This document shows, piece after piece, positions 53,011-64,000 of a DNA stretch of 64,000 bases (within the stretch, counting starts at the first letter, position 1; every line of letters starts with the position of its first letter). Source of the stretch: Octopus vulgaris (taxonomy: Eukaryota); NCBI GenBank assembly GCA_951406725.2, contig OX597817.1:27528001-27592000 (forward strand), written 5' to 3'. Under the pieces are notes generated by a model that did no database searches, was not told the DNA's origin, and saw only the letters and a list, made by a program, of their open reading frames with translations. A program made the position numbers and the translations under genes.

Positions 53011-55435
53011 TAAACAAATCATATTAACAGGTATTAGTAAACGAGTGAGTAGGTAAGTCCCAATAAATACACCTGGATTTTATTTATTGCTTTATTATAA
53101 AGGAAAATTCCATTGACTGTTGTATCGAGTGAAAAAAATTAATTTTTTTACTCGTTAAATTTATGTTGACTTTAAAACAGAAAAAAAGGTTGGGCTAGAA
53201 TAAATATTCGTTATATATGTAAAATTTATGGAAGTGAAACAATGTTACAAGTATATTTTTATGAGGCTTTGTTACTTTATTATCAACTTAACTTGGAATA
53301 CACATGCACATTAACTCCTCTGCTATATCATTTATGAAATTACCCACCTTGCATGAGAATGTTCATGTTCAATTATACTTTTAGTACCTTAGCATTCTTG
53401 AAAGGTGTCATATTATGCAGTATTAAAATAGTTTCATTAATAATACTATGCTATGTAATGTACGCAAATCTTTTTTTTTTTTTCTTTTTAAGCGTAATAG
53501 ATATCAAATAGTTACAGTTGGATTTTCTGTTGCAGTCGAAATAATATTTGAGAAATTCAGCCTGTTAAGAGTAGGTTATTTCGGTATTAATTTGTCGAAG
53601 TAGCTTACTATTAACAGTAAACCTTCAGTGCTTCTGAACTATATCAATCTCATTAAAATATTTGAAGAGCTGTAACACATCATTACAGCTGAGAAGTTGA
53701 ATACTCATCTGTCGTTGCGAATAGTTTCTGAGCTAGAAAGTGAAACGAACAACTAATTAGAAGTTTCCGACCACAGGTGAGTCAAATGTGTGCAGTAGAA
53801 TCGTTCTTGTTCAGATTAATATGAATGTTTTCAGATTGGATATAAAGACATGATGCCTCTTGCTGAATACTTGAGCGGTTTTCATGAAAGTATTAGCTGT
53901 ATGGAACTTTGCTGATTCTAAATGTACACAGTAACTGATTAGCATTAGTGAAATTTCTAACTTTCTATTCTGACTCAATTAACCGTATTACTACATTAAA
54001 TTATTAAATGTATGCTATTACATTTGGAACGAATTCCTTATTACATAGACATATAACTAAGTATCCTTACATTCGGTGTCTACAAACTACTATCTTTTGG
54101 CTGTAAAGATATTTCTGATAAAATCACAGAGATATAAGATCAGAGATTTCAGCAAATCTGTGCCTACTTAAATCCCAGGGAATGAGGAGTGATAAAATCT
54201 GGTACTTGGCACACAACTTCATTGATAGTTTCGTTAAATAATGTTCGAAAGTATAGATTTTCTCGCCTTGTTAGAAACTAAACACTCTATTGGACTTAAT
54301 CATTAACGATGATACCTCCGATCCGCACGCATTTCCATGGATTCTGGATTTTATTCCTGGAAATAAATATCCGAAATTCTAGTGATGTTACTAAAGTCTA
54401 AGTATATGTTCAAATAATATACATATTCTGTAGAACATTGTCTATTGTCAATTCTAAGTTATCATCAACCAGATATCAACCTGAGATAAGTTACCTGAAA
54501 ACAAACGTGTATAATCTGTAATGTATAATATGTATTAGAACAGGGCCAGTGGATTTGTCTGCACAAAACGATAAACTGATAATGAAAGCAATAATCCCTT
54601 AGTTTGGTGAAACTCCCAGGTCAGGTTTTAATGTACTCTCTGAAGTAATAGAATTCTAAGCATAGTCTATTTTAATCAAGTGAATAGAATTAATGAAAAC
54701 TAAAAGTGTTCATTGAAAGTTATCTCTAATTGAAGTGGTTAATGAATATAGCCTGATCAAAGTTTTAATTTACCGCCTAACGATTTCTATTGATTTCCGC
54801 TTATAATTACACAAAATTAAACAAAAAGGATTAACTGAAGTCATTGTCATCACCTCAGATAATTAGTCAATTTTAAATGGTACTAATCTTCATTGCTTTC
54901 ACCGATAAGCCACGAGGTTCTTGGGAATATTATTTCAATTCTTTGTCAATTCGCAGGTCAAATTTGAAGGTCAAATTATGATCTCTCCTCAAATGGAGGC
55001 CTCTGTTTGATCTAAGAGCTGCGTATCACAAACATATCTACGTTATCATGTACATTTATTTAATGAGTCTATAAGTACACACTCTTGAATAGTAGGAGAG
55101 ATCCAGTGCTTTTACTTAACTTATTGTTAAATTATAAATAGTTGGACAAGAAGATACCATGCAGTTAAATCGAAATATTATCATGTACACCCAATACAAG
55201 CGTTCAATATTCCACTATATTAGTGAAATCGATGATAATAACCTGATGAATGACTGTTAACGTTTGAGAGCATTTCATGCTGTTCATTTTTCTTCATTAT
55301 TATGTAACTGAAACTGGTTCAGCAGGCTCATACTTTAAATTATTACTCTATAATTCAAATTCACAACGATCCACATAGTACACGAACGTATTACTTAGGG
55401 ACGTTATGGTTTTTGTTTTATTTCTTTAGACCTTT

Positions 55436-55848
55436 TTCTTTACTACCCACAAGGGGCTAAACATATAGAGGACAAACAAGGACAGACAAACGGATTAAGT
55501 CGATTACGTTGACCCCAGTGCGTAACTGGTACTTAATTTATCGACCCCGAAAGGATGAAAGGCAAAGTCGACCTCGGTGGAATTTGAACTTAGAACGTAA
55601 CGGCAGACAAAATACCTATTTCTTTATTGCCCATAAGGGGCTAAACATAGAGGGGACAAACAAGGACAGACAAACGGATTAAGTCGATTACGTTGACCCC
55701 AGTACGTAACTGGTACTTAATTTATCGAACCCGAAAGGATGAAAGGCAAATTAGACCTCGGTGGAATTTGAACTCAGAACGTAACGGCAGACAAAATACC
55801 ACTAAGAATTTCACCGGCGTGCTAACGATTCTGCCAGCTGACCGCCTT
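55436..55848 (-). mobile_element. SINE family A homodimer
   Basis: Junction aaagaaatag|gtattttgtctg at ~55616; the two units share private variants. Confidence 0.9.
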
Positions 55849-56286
55849 ATTTATTACTTTAGCCCGAGATCAACCTGATAGAGAACGAGGATCAAATGAA
55901 TTTGACCAGTGACAATATTGTCTTTGTGAGGATCATCTAGGGTTAAATCATCTCGTATATGTTTCCTTTTTCCTTTAGGCCGCGAGACAGAAAGACATTT
56001 TAGCTGCTAAATCGTGACAGCTGGCCACCTTATCTCTGGCGAAAAATTACAGAAATTTCTATAGCGATAAGTCATTTCGTTTACTTCAGTCTCTCATCAC
56101 GAGGACCGAATAACAATGTATTCCTTCGAACTCATTCGCTAATTAGATAAATAGAGTAGATGTCACATTCAAGTAGAAGTTCTCGTTCCAACTCACGAAT
56201 TCATTAACATGTTTATGTAAGGCATATAAGCATAATTTTGCGTTGGTTTCGAACAAAGAAATCAACATTTATTAAAGAATGTGAAT

Positions 56287-56481
56287 AGGCGTAGGAGTGG
56301 CTGTGTGGTAAGTAGCTTGATTTCAAACCACATGGTTCCGGGTTCAGTCCCTCTGCGTGGCACCTTGGGCAAGTGTCTTCTACTATAGCCTCGGGCCGAC
56401 CAAAGCCTCGTGAGTGGATTTGGTAGCCGGAAACTTAACGAAGCCCGTCGTATATATGTATATATATATATATATATATAA

Positions 56482-56523
<42 letters not shown>

Positions 56524-56784
56524 GTATGCATGCATGTTTGCATGTATGTACGTGTGTGTGTATATGTTTGTGTGTCTGTGTTTGTCCCCCAACATCGCTT
56601 GAAACCGATGCTTGTTTGTTTACGTCCCCGTAACCTAGCGGTTCGGCAAAAGAGAACGATAGAATAAGTACTAGGCCTACGAAGAATAAAGTTGGGCTCT
56701 ATTTGCTCGCCTAAAGGCGGTGTTCCAGCATAGCCACAGCCAAATGACTGAAACAAGTGAAAGAGTAAAAGAGAGTAAAAGAGT
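56287..56784 (+). mobile_element. SINE family B, full length (source of the 183-aa antisense ORF)
   Basis: aggcgtaggagtggctgtgtgg head to (gagtaaaa)n tail. Confidence 0.92.
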
Positions 56785-56979
56785 ATAAAACAAATATTTC
56801 TTGATATTCGCACAAGGAGTAAAATTAGAACTGTCCACTTAATATGTTGACCGCTGTTGTTGATCCTTTACAAAGAAGCAATCCTTGCAATACGGCTAAG
56901 GAAGAAGTAGGTTGGAAATGTTCCTGTTTCTTTCATATGATAGGTTTTTTAAAGAATGTTCCAAAATATATTTATATAT

Positions 56980-57295
56980 TAGCCTCGGGCTGACCAAAGC
57001 CTTGTGAGTGGATTTGGTAGACGGAAACTGAAAGAAGCCCGTCGTATATATGCATATATATGTATATGTGTGTGCGCGTGTATGTTTGTGTTTGTCCCCC
57101 TAGCATTGCTTGACAACCGATGCTGGTGAGTTTATGTCCCCGTCACTTAGCGGTTCGGCAAAAGAGCCCGATAGAATAAGTACTGGGCTTACAAAGAATA
57201 AGTCCCGGGGTCGAGTTGCTCGATTAAAGGCGGTGCTCCAGCATGGCCGCAGTCAAATGACTGAAACAAGTAAAAGAGTAAAAGAGTAGAAGAGT
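56980..57295 (+). mobile_element. SINE family B, 5'-truncated
   Basis: Matches 56385-56784. Confidence 0.9.
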
Positions 57296-57524
57296 ATATA
57301 TGTGTGTGTGTGTGTGTTTGTGCGTGTGTTTGTTGGTGGGTGTGTGCGCGTGTGTGTATTTGTGTATATGTGTATGTGCGCGTGGTGAGGCAATAGCTCC
57401 TTTTGTCATTAATATAAATAGGATAACAACTAAGATCATTTAGCTTTGTTATGTACGTCTCGTCTCTTCATTCTTTTCCAGACAGACAAATAGACGGACA
57501 GACTTTAATATTTACACATCTTCT

Positions 57525-57915
57525 GATGATGATGGAAGCACTCCGTCGGTTACGACGACGAGGGTTCCGGTTGATCCGAATCAACGGAACAGCCTGCTCG
57601 TGAAATTAACGTGCAAGTGGCTGAGCACTCCACAGACACGTGCACCCTTAACGTAGTTCTCGGGGATATTCAGCGTGACACAGAGAGTGACAAGGCCGGC
57701 CCTTGAAATACAGGTACAACAGAAACAGGAAGTAAGAGTGAGAGAAAGTTGTGGAGAAAGAGTACAGCAGGGATCACCACCATCCCCTACCGGAGACTCG
57801 TGGAGCTTTTAGGTGTTTTCGCTCAATAAACACTCACAACGCCCGGTCTGGGAATCGAAACCGCGATCCTATGACCGCGAGTCCGCTGCCCTAACCACTG
57901 GGCCATTGCGCCTCC
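57525..57915 (-). mobile_element. SINE family C head with Deu/Nin-like body and (CAT)n tail, young insertion
   Basis: 11-bp TSD acacatcttct at 57514-57524 and 57916-57926; body gtggagtgctcagccacttgcacgttaa. Confidence 0.9.
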
Positions 57916-58167
57916 ACACATCTTCTAACAGTAGACTGAATGATTCTTCATTATGTAAACAATATTATTTCATTTAAATTACTTTACACAATATTATTTT
58001 ACCTTCTCACGCAATATCGTCGATTTTGATTAAAGTTCAAACAGTAATTTAGATTATTTTACTTGGCCTTTGAATATTTCCCAGAATGAATAACTCCTTC
58101 TCCTCCTCGTTTTTCTTTCCTCCATCTGTGCACACACGCATACACGCGCGCGCGCATGAGTGTATAC

Positions 58168-58402
58168 CTATTTCTTTACTACCCACAAGGGGCTAAACAT
58201 AGAAGGGACAAACAAGGACAGACAAAGGGATTAAGTCGATTACATCGACCCCAGTGCGTAACTGGTGCTTAATTTATCGACCCCGAAAGGATGAAAGGCA
58301 AAGTCGACCTAGGCGGAATTTGAACTCAGAACGTAACGACAGACGAAATACAGCTAGGCATTTCGCCCGGCGTGCTGACGTTTCTGCCAGCTCACCGCCT
58401 TT
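58168..58402 (-). mobile_element. SINE family A, full length, fused 3' of a U6 copy
   Basis: Head aaaggcggtgagctggcagaaacg immediately follows the U6 3' end; tail gtaaagaaatag. Confidence 0.92.
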
Positions 58403-58454
58403 AGAAATATGGAACGCTTCACGAATTTGCGTGTCATCCTTGCGCAGAGGCCAC

Positions 58455-58485
<31 letters not shown>

Positions 58486-58509
58486 AATATGTACCGCCGT
58501 AGCTAGTAC
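58403..58509 (-). pseudogene. U6: Full-length (107 nt) U6 snRNA retrocopy
   Basis: Minus strand GTACTAGCTACGGCGGTACATATTCTAAAATTGGAACGATACAGAGAAGATTAGCGTGGCCTCTGCGCAAGGATGACACGCAAATTCGTGAAGCGTTCCATATTTCT. ACAGAGA box and AGC triad intact, several substitutions, no TATA at -30, inside a TSD. Confidence 0.95.
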
Positions 58510-58660
58510 ATGAGTGTATACGAGTAAGAAAGAAACAGTCTAGCTGCGATTATAGATGTAATCGGTTGTTTCTCATTCAAGATGCCTGTCGTTTTTTCAA
58601 GCGTGCAAAATTATTTTACCCGACCGAACATGTTTTTTTAAAACTATGATAATGAGGTCT

Positions 58661-59072
58661 AGGTGCGGGAGTGGCTGTGTGTTAAGTAGCTTGCTTACCA
58701 GCAACATGGATCCGTGTTCAGTCCCACTGCATGAGACCTTGGGCAAAGTGTCATCTACTATAGCCTCGGGCCGACCAAAGCCTTGTGAGTGATTTGGTAG
58801 ACGGAAACTGAAAGAAGCCCTTCATATATATGTATATGTATATATATATGTGTGTGTGTGTATGTTTGTGTGTCTATGTTTATCCCCCCGACATCGCTTG
58901 ACAACCGATGATGGTGTGTTTAAGACCCCGTGACTTAGCGGTTCGGCAAAAGAGACCGATTGAATAAGTACTAGGCTTCCAAAGAATAAGTCCTGGGGGC
59001 GATTTGCTCGACTAAAAGGTGGTGCTCCAGCATTGACGCAGTCAAATGACTGAAATAAGTAAAATATAAGAG
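58661..59072 (+). mobile_element. SINE family B, full length
   Basis: Same head, core and tail as other copies; followed by (TAG)n. Confidence 0.9.
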
Positions 59073-59076
59073 GAAA

Positions 59077-59127
<51 letters not shown>

Positions 59128-59364
59128 CAGCAGCTACTGCAGCAGCATGTGCGCATCCGCTGTGACAATGTGTCACTGCATCTGCCATGTTTTGGTGATA
59201 CACTACTACTTCTGGAACATAACGCCTTTGCATCACTCAGGTGACAACATACCAATCTACGTGACTGTATGGGTAGTTGTAAATGGTGAAGGGGTTTACG
59301 AAGTCGGGGTGCAAATACTACCTCAACTTCGTTTAATCGCAAGCAATTTCGTATTTAATTGCTA

Positions 59365-59710
59365 CTTATTTTATCAATCTCGTGGGGGAGGGGGGACGCA
59401 AAGTCGACCTCGGCGGAATTTTAACTCAGAACGTAAGATTGGCGAAATGGCTCTAAGCATTTCGTCCGCCGTGCTGACGATTCTGGTCGCTCACTGGCTT
59501 AATAATAATGTCTTCACACTTCGGTACAAATCCAGCAATCTCGGGAGAGGGGTTAAGTCGGTTGCATCGACCCCCAATGATGAACTGCTATTTATTTTAT
59601 TGACCACGAAAGGATGAAAGGCAAGGTCGACTTCGGTGGAATTTGAATTCAGAACGTTAAAAAACGGACGAAATATCGCTAAGCATTTTATCTGACATAT
59701 TTAGAATTCT
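59365..59710 (-). mobile_element. Two degenerate family A SINE units
   Basis: aagtcgacctcggcggaatt and aggatgaaaggcaaggtcgacttcggtggaatt blocks. Confidence 0.75.
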
Positions 59711-59997
59711 GTCACGGAAGATCGTCAGAAAGGCTTGATATCAGAAGATCATCAGAAAGACATGATATCTAATTGAAATCATATAAATATCTAAAGTTAC
59801 ATGCAGGAACACTCTACACACATAAATGCTAGAAAATAAGATCAATTCAGAATCAATACAATAATAATAATAATAACAACAACAACAACAACAATAATAA
59901 TAACAACATTCCCTGATGTAGTTATGCCCTGATGCAGTGCCAGGGAGTGGCTCTCGTGGCTTCTTATCTTAACTGATTGGAAGTGCTATCATGTACA

Positions 59998-60238
59998 TTG
60001 AAAGATGGCGTGTTTGATGGTGATGCTGTTGGATCGGCTCATCCTATACTATGGTTTAGAAAGTGACGTGTGTTCCATTTGGCTGTGCTAATTTGTAAGA
60101 ACGTGGAGGGCTTTGAGTATCCATTTATGTGGGGCACTATCAAATGCTTTCCTGCAGTCTATTCACGCCGTACTCAGGTATATGTTTTTACGGTGACAAA
60201 TTTCTAAAATCATTCTATTTATGAGCAATTTGTCTTAG
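59998..60238 (-). mobile_element. R4/Dong RT N-terminal portion, inverted relative to the adjacent piece
   Basis: LLINRMILE..LSTA*IDCRKAFDSAPHKWILKAL...ITIKHAIFQ. Confidence 0.8.
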
Positions 60239-60240
60239 TA

Positions 60241-60725
60241 CTCATTCACTGATCCCTCTCTCAAATGAATTCAACAAGAACGGATAGGGGCACAACATTT
60301 TTAACAATAAACAAACATTTTTACATGGACGATGTTTGCAAGGGATGATCAAGATCTAGATGGGCTGCTAACAACTGTTAAAGGATTTAGGAATGTCACG
60401 AAGATAGATTTTTGCTGCGATAAGTGAGCTAAAGCAAAATCGGACACTACCATCATTCAACTTGACCTAGAAACTTATAAATATTTGGGTATAATCGAAG
60501 GAGATGTCATAAGACATGCCATTATGAAGGAAAGACTAAGAAAGGAATATTTGAAGAGAGCAATACATATACCGACGACTAAACTAAGCTATAAAAATCG
60601 CATCAAAACAATGAAGATCCTGATAATTCCCGTCGTCCAGTACAGTTTCAATACCATTAACTGGAATTTTACGGAACTCCAACGCATAGACAGAAAGACA
60701 AGAAAATTACAACTTTTAGCACATG
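60241..60725 (+). mobile_element. R4/Dong RT C-terminal portion
   Basis: SLIPLSNE, HFYMDD, DLDGLLTTVK, TYKYLGIIE, KEYLKR, PVVQYSFNTINW..ELQRIDRKTRKL. Confidence 0.88.
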
Positions 60726-60751
60726 GCCAGCAACATCAGAGAAATTAGTAC

Positions 60752-60868
60752 GTCGATTACAATGAACCCAGTAATCAACTGATACTTATTTTATTGACCC
60801 CGAAAGGATGAAAGGTAAAGTCGCTAAGCATTTTGCTCATGTGATTACGATTCTGCCAGCTCACCGTC
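60752..60868 (-). mobile_element. SINE family A, internally deleted
   Basis: gaccccgaaaggatgaaagg.aaagtcg joined to ctaagcattt..gattctgccagctcaccg. Confidence 0.8.
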
Positions 60869-61348
60869 TTAGATAAGAAAATTATTGACATCTAATAACA
60901 TACACGATCCGAAAGCAGACGCTGACCTTCCTTGACGCAGTGGGGGAAGGATGCAGAAATCCTCTACCATAGGGCTGAATAGATACTTATCTAATACATA
61001 CTGTGTTTCTATATTTCTCTCCTTGGCAGATCTTCGCAAAATCTGTACTGTCAAAGATACATAACTTTGTCTATTAACTGGTTGTTTGATTATAGAAGAA
61101 AAGTAAATCTTACACCAGCGTGTTGGTACGTCTGTGTGTATGTTCGTATACGTGACTGTAAACGTCTCTACATGAATAATGGAAATCCTACAAATACTTG
61201 CCAAATCTCCATTAAATCACACAGCTTAACATCTTCTCAACATTAAGGACCCAAAGCAGAATGTAGTCATCAGTATAGAAGACATTAAGCATGTATATAT
61301 ATCTATACATACACATGAGTGAGTGTGTATGTGAGTGTGTGTTTGTGA

Positions 61349-61406
<58 letters not shown>

Positions 61407-62202
61407 ATAATGTCAAACAGTATATACCTGGTTATGATATCTAACCGATAATAAATATATCGAGAGTTTCGTATCACCTATTAATCGGTTATTGAACTTT
61501 GGAATGCTGACGACCCTTCAAATATGCTTGCCAGTAGCATAGCCTCCTTTATGCTGTAGATAAATATACAGTCGTGTTTCGCTCTCAGATGAAAAAATAT
61601 GGAACAATGAAATAATTATAACATTTTTCGGTGGTGTGGAAAGTGTAGCCGTCTCCCATTGGACGATATTACTAGTGGCTGCAATGGGTCAGCTGTGCGT
61701 ATGTAATTACTTCTCTCGTCCCAAAATGAAGACGACCGTGTTGCAAAACGAATTTTCTCTTATGCGGACACAAACGAATTGTTTCGCTTTTGTGTTCAGG
61801 AAGGCACCCGTGTCGTGTGAGAATTTTAGAGTGATTCTTTTGTCAATCAATCTATGCTTGCAACATTTATTTCCATTTAGATATGGCTCAAACTATTTCT
61901 GCAATTTCCATTTGATTTCGCGCGGCGTTATTTTCTTTTTCTGTAGTCATATATAGCTAGCTGATATTGTAAATTTGTGCTTCACTTGCATTTGAAAATT
62001 GGATTTCTGATTATTCAGTCTAGCTTAAGGAAGCCCTCACTTATCCCAACATATTTCTGTGTCCTTCATTGAAGACAACAACCTCAGTGTCTCATTCACT
62101 ATTCAGTGGACCCTCACTACTAGCCATACATTTACATCCTGCTTCTCTCTCTCTCTCCCTCTCTCTGGCTGTGCTGTGTGGTGTATACAAACATACATAC
62201 AT

Positions 62203-62262
<60 letters not shown>

Positions 62263-62264
<2 letters not shown>

Positions 62265-62412
62265 GACGGGTTTCTTCTTTCAGATTCCGTCTACCAAATC
62301 TACTCACAGTACTTTGGTCGGCCCGAGGCTACAGTAGCAGACACTTGCCCAAGGTGCCATGCAGTGGGACTGTACTCGGAACCATCTAGTTAGGAAGCAA
62401 GCTTCTTAACAC
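62263..62412 (-). mobile_element. SINE family B, 5' half
   Basis: Same span and subtype as 4387-4535. Confidence 0.85.
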
Positions 62413-62514
62413 AAAGCTATTCCTGGAACGCAATTTAAATAAAATTGTATATATGCATGTTTGTATGTATATATGTATGTGTGCATATATAACTCTCTAT
62501 ATTCATATGTATGT

Positions 62515-62580
<66 letters not shown>

Positions 62581-64000
62581 TCTATTATATATAGGTATAT
62601 ATGCATACATATATACATATATATATTATATAGATGTAGATATTTTATATATGGATATATATGTATATATATATACAATATTTAACGAGTGGGGGTGAGA
62701 TGTGTGCATAAATGTACGTTTATGTGGATGTACGTATGCATTATGTCCGTATATGTATGTAATTGAAATTTGAAAAGCAATAAAGGATGAACAAATTTAA
62801 TTATCCCACCCGTCAACTCCATAAGGCACATTGCACTCGTAAACCTTCATTATTCAGCTAAACTCGATGTTGTTTCTATTAAAACGTTAATTTATATGAG
62901 ATTTTCTTAATATTTATTAGCGGGGAAGAGATTAAATAAGTGGGATCAGATGCCTAGGTACTTTCTAAAAATTTCTATAGCATCATTGTGTAATACCAAA
63001 ATATGTAAACCATGCTGTGGTAAATCTTTTATATGCCTATAACGTTAACGAATTATTTTTTTCGTTCAAGTTAATTATTTTTGTTTATATATATTCACCA
63101 CCTAAGAAGTATTCATTTATATTTTATCATTCTGCAGCTTCACTATTATCTAAGGATTATGATACAGAGCACGCTGACATGAAAATTTAATAAAATATAT
63201 AAACATAATGATAGAAATCAAGAAGGAAGAAAATCCTAACTATCTTCAGGATTCACTAACGCTGATTGGTTCGTTATCGACTATTATTTTATAAGGCATT
63301 ATTGACTTAACGTATCCTGCTGCTTTACCCTCAAATATGTTCCATCTACAAAGTACACTTTTCAATATTTTATTGTCTCATTCCTAATAAACAATAAACT
63401 TGCACACCTAACGATATGCAGGCTTAAATTAATTTTAATATTGAGAATACATTGAATTTCAAGAGGTTGAAATATATTAATCATTCATCAAAATTTATTG
63501 AAAGACGACACAGTAATTTCTTAATTTCAAGACGACAAGAGTATAACAATAGTAACAGTATCATTTACAGAATCACTATATTATAATAGAATCACTATTA
63601 CTATTATAGAATCACTACGGTGGTGTAGTTATCTGAGCCTGCAATCAAATGACTTTCAAATGAAAATGCATTCTATAAGCCATTCGAATTTCTGTGCCTA
63701 TACAATATATTTCTTCGAAGGTATTTAAAGTCCACTACACTTAAGGAGATTCAGCAGAAATGAATCACTGATTTCTCTTTTGTATTTGTTTGTGTGTACG
63801 TGTGTATGTGTGTGTGTGTGTGTGTGTGCGTATGCGTCTGCGTTTGTGTGTGTGTGCGTGTGCTTCTTTGTGTTTTTGTCATTGCTATACACATTAACCA
63901 TAAATTAACAGATCACGAACATGATTACTTTGGCTAAAATGTTTCAGTGACCATAGGTAACAAAACGGGTATTTAAGTTAGCTGGAATATCTTAAATTTT

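Noticed and set aside
56262-56813. 183-aa ORF with recurring peptide [25 protein letters not shown]
   Set aside because: Antisense translation of SINE family B; it recurs because the SINE recurs.
58403-58509. Functional U6 gene
   Set aside because: It lies inside a TSD, has no TATA at about -30, has substitutions in conserved positions and has a broken T-run terminator. Treated as a retrocopy.
60869-61204. 111-aa minus-strand ORF
   Set aside because: Non-ATG start, no recognisable motif and no clear splice boundaries.

Overview
This is AT-rich, microsatellite-dense eukaryotic intergenic or intronic DNA. The SINE families and (TA)n/(CA)n/(GATA)n load look like an octopus (coleoid cephalopod) genome; that is an inference from repeat content. 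I recognise no intact host protein-coding gene, and almost all ORFs in the track are microsatellite, SINE or decayed-transposon artefacts. Contents: three decayed mariner (DD34D) elements, a decayed maT/DD37D-like element, three non-autonomous Helitrons, a piggyBac remnant, LINE remnants (R4/Dong, RTE, CR1, HERO-like) and about 30 copies of three tRNA-derived SINE groups. There are also several Penelope-like fragments with hammerhead-ribozyme cores and foldback hairpins inside TA tracts. The most striking observation is a full-length U6 snRNA copy fused to a full-length SINE, with the whole chimera bounded by one 12-bp target-site duplication (58156-58521). Other notable points are recurrent head-less SINE dimers with one fixed junction, a shared (TA)n-arm-loop-arm'-tail-(TA)n architecture, and a twin-priming-like inversion in an R4/Dong reverse transcriptase.
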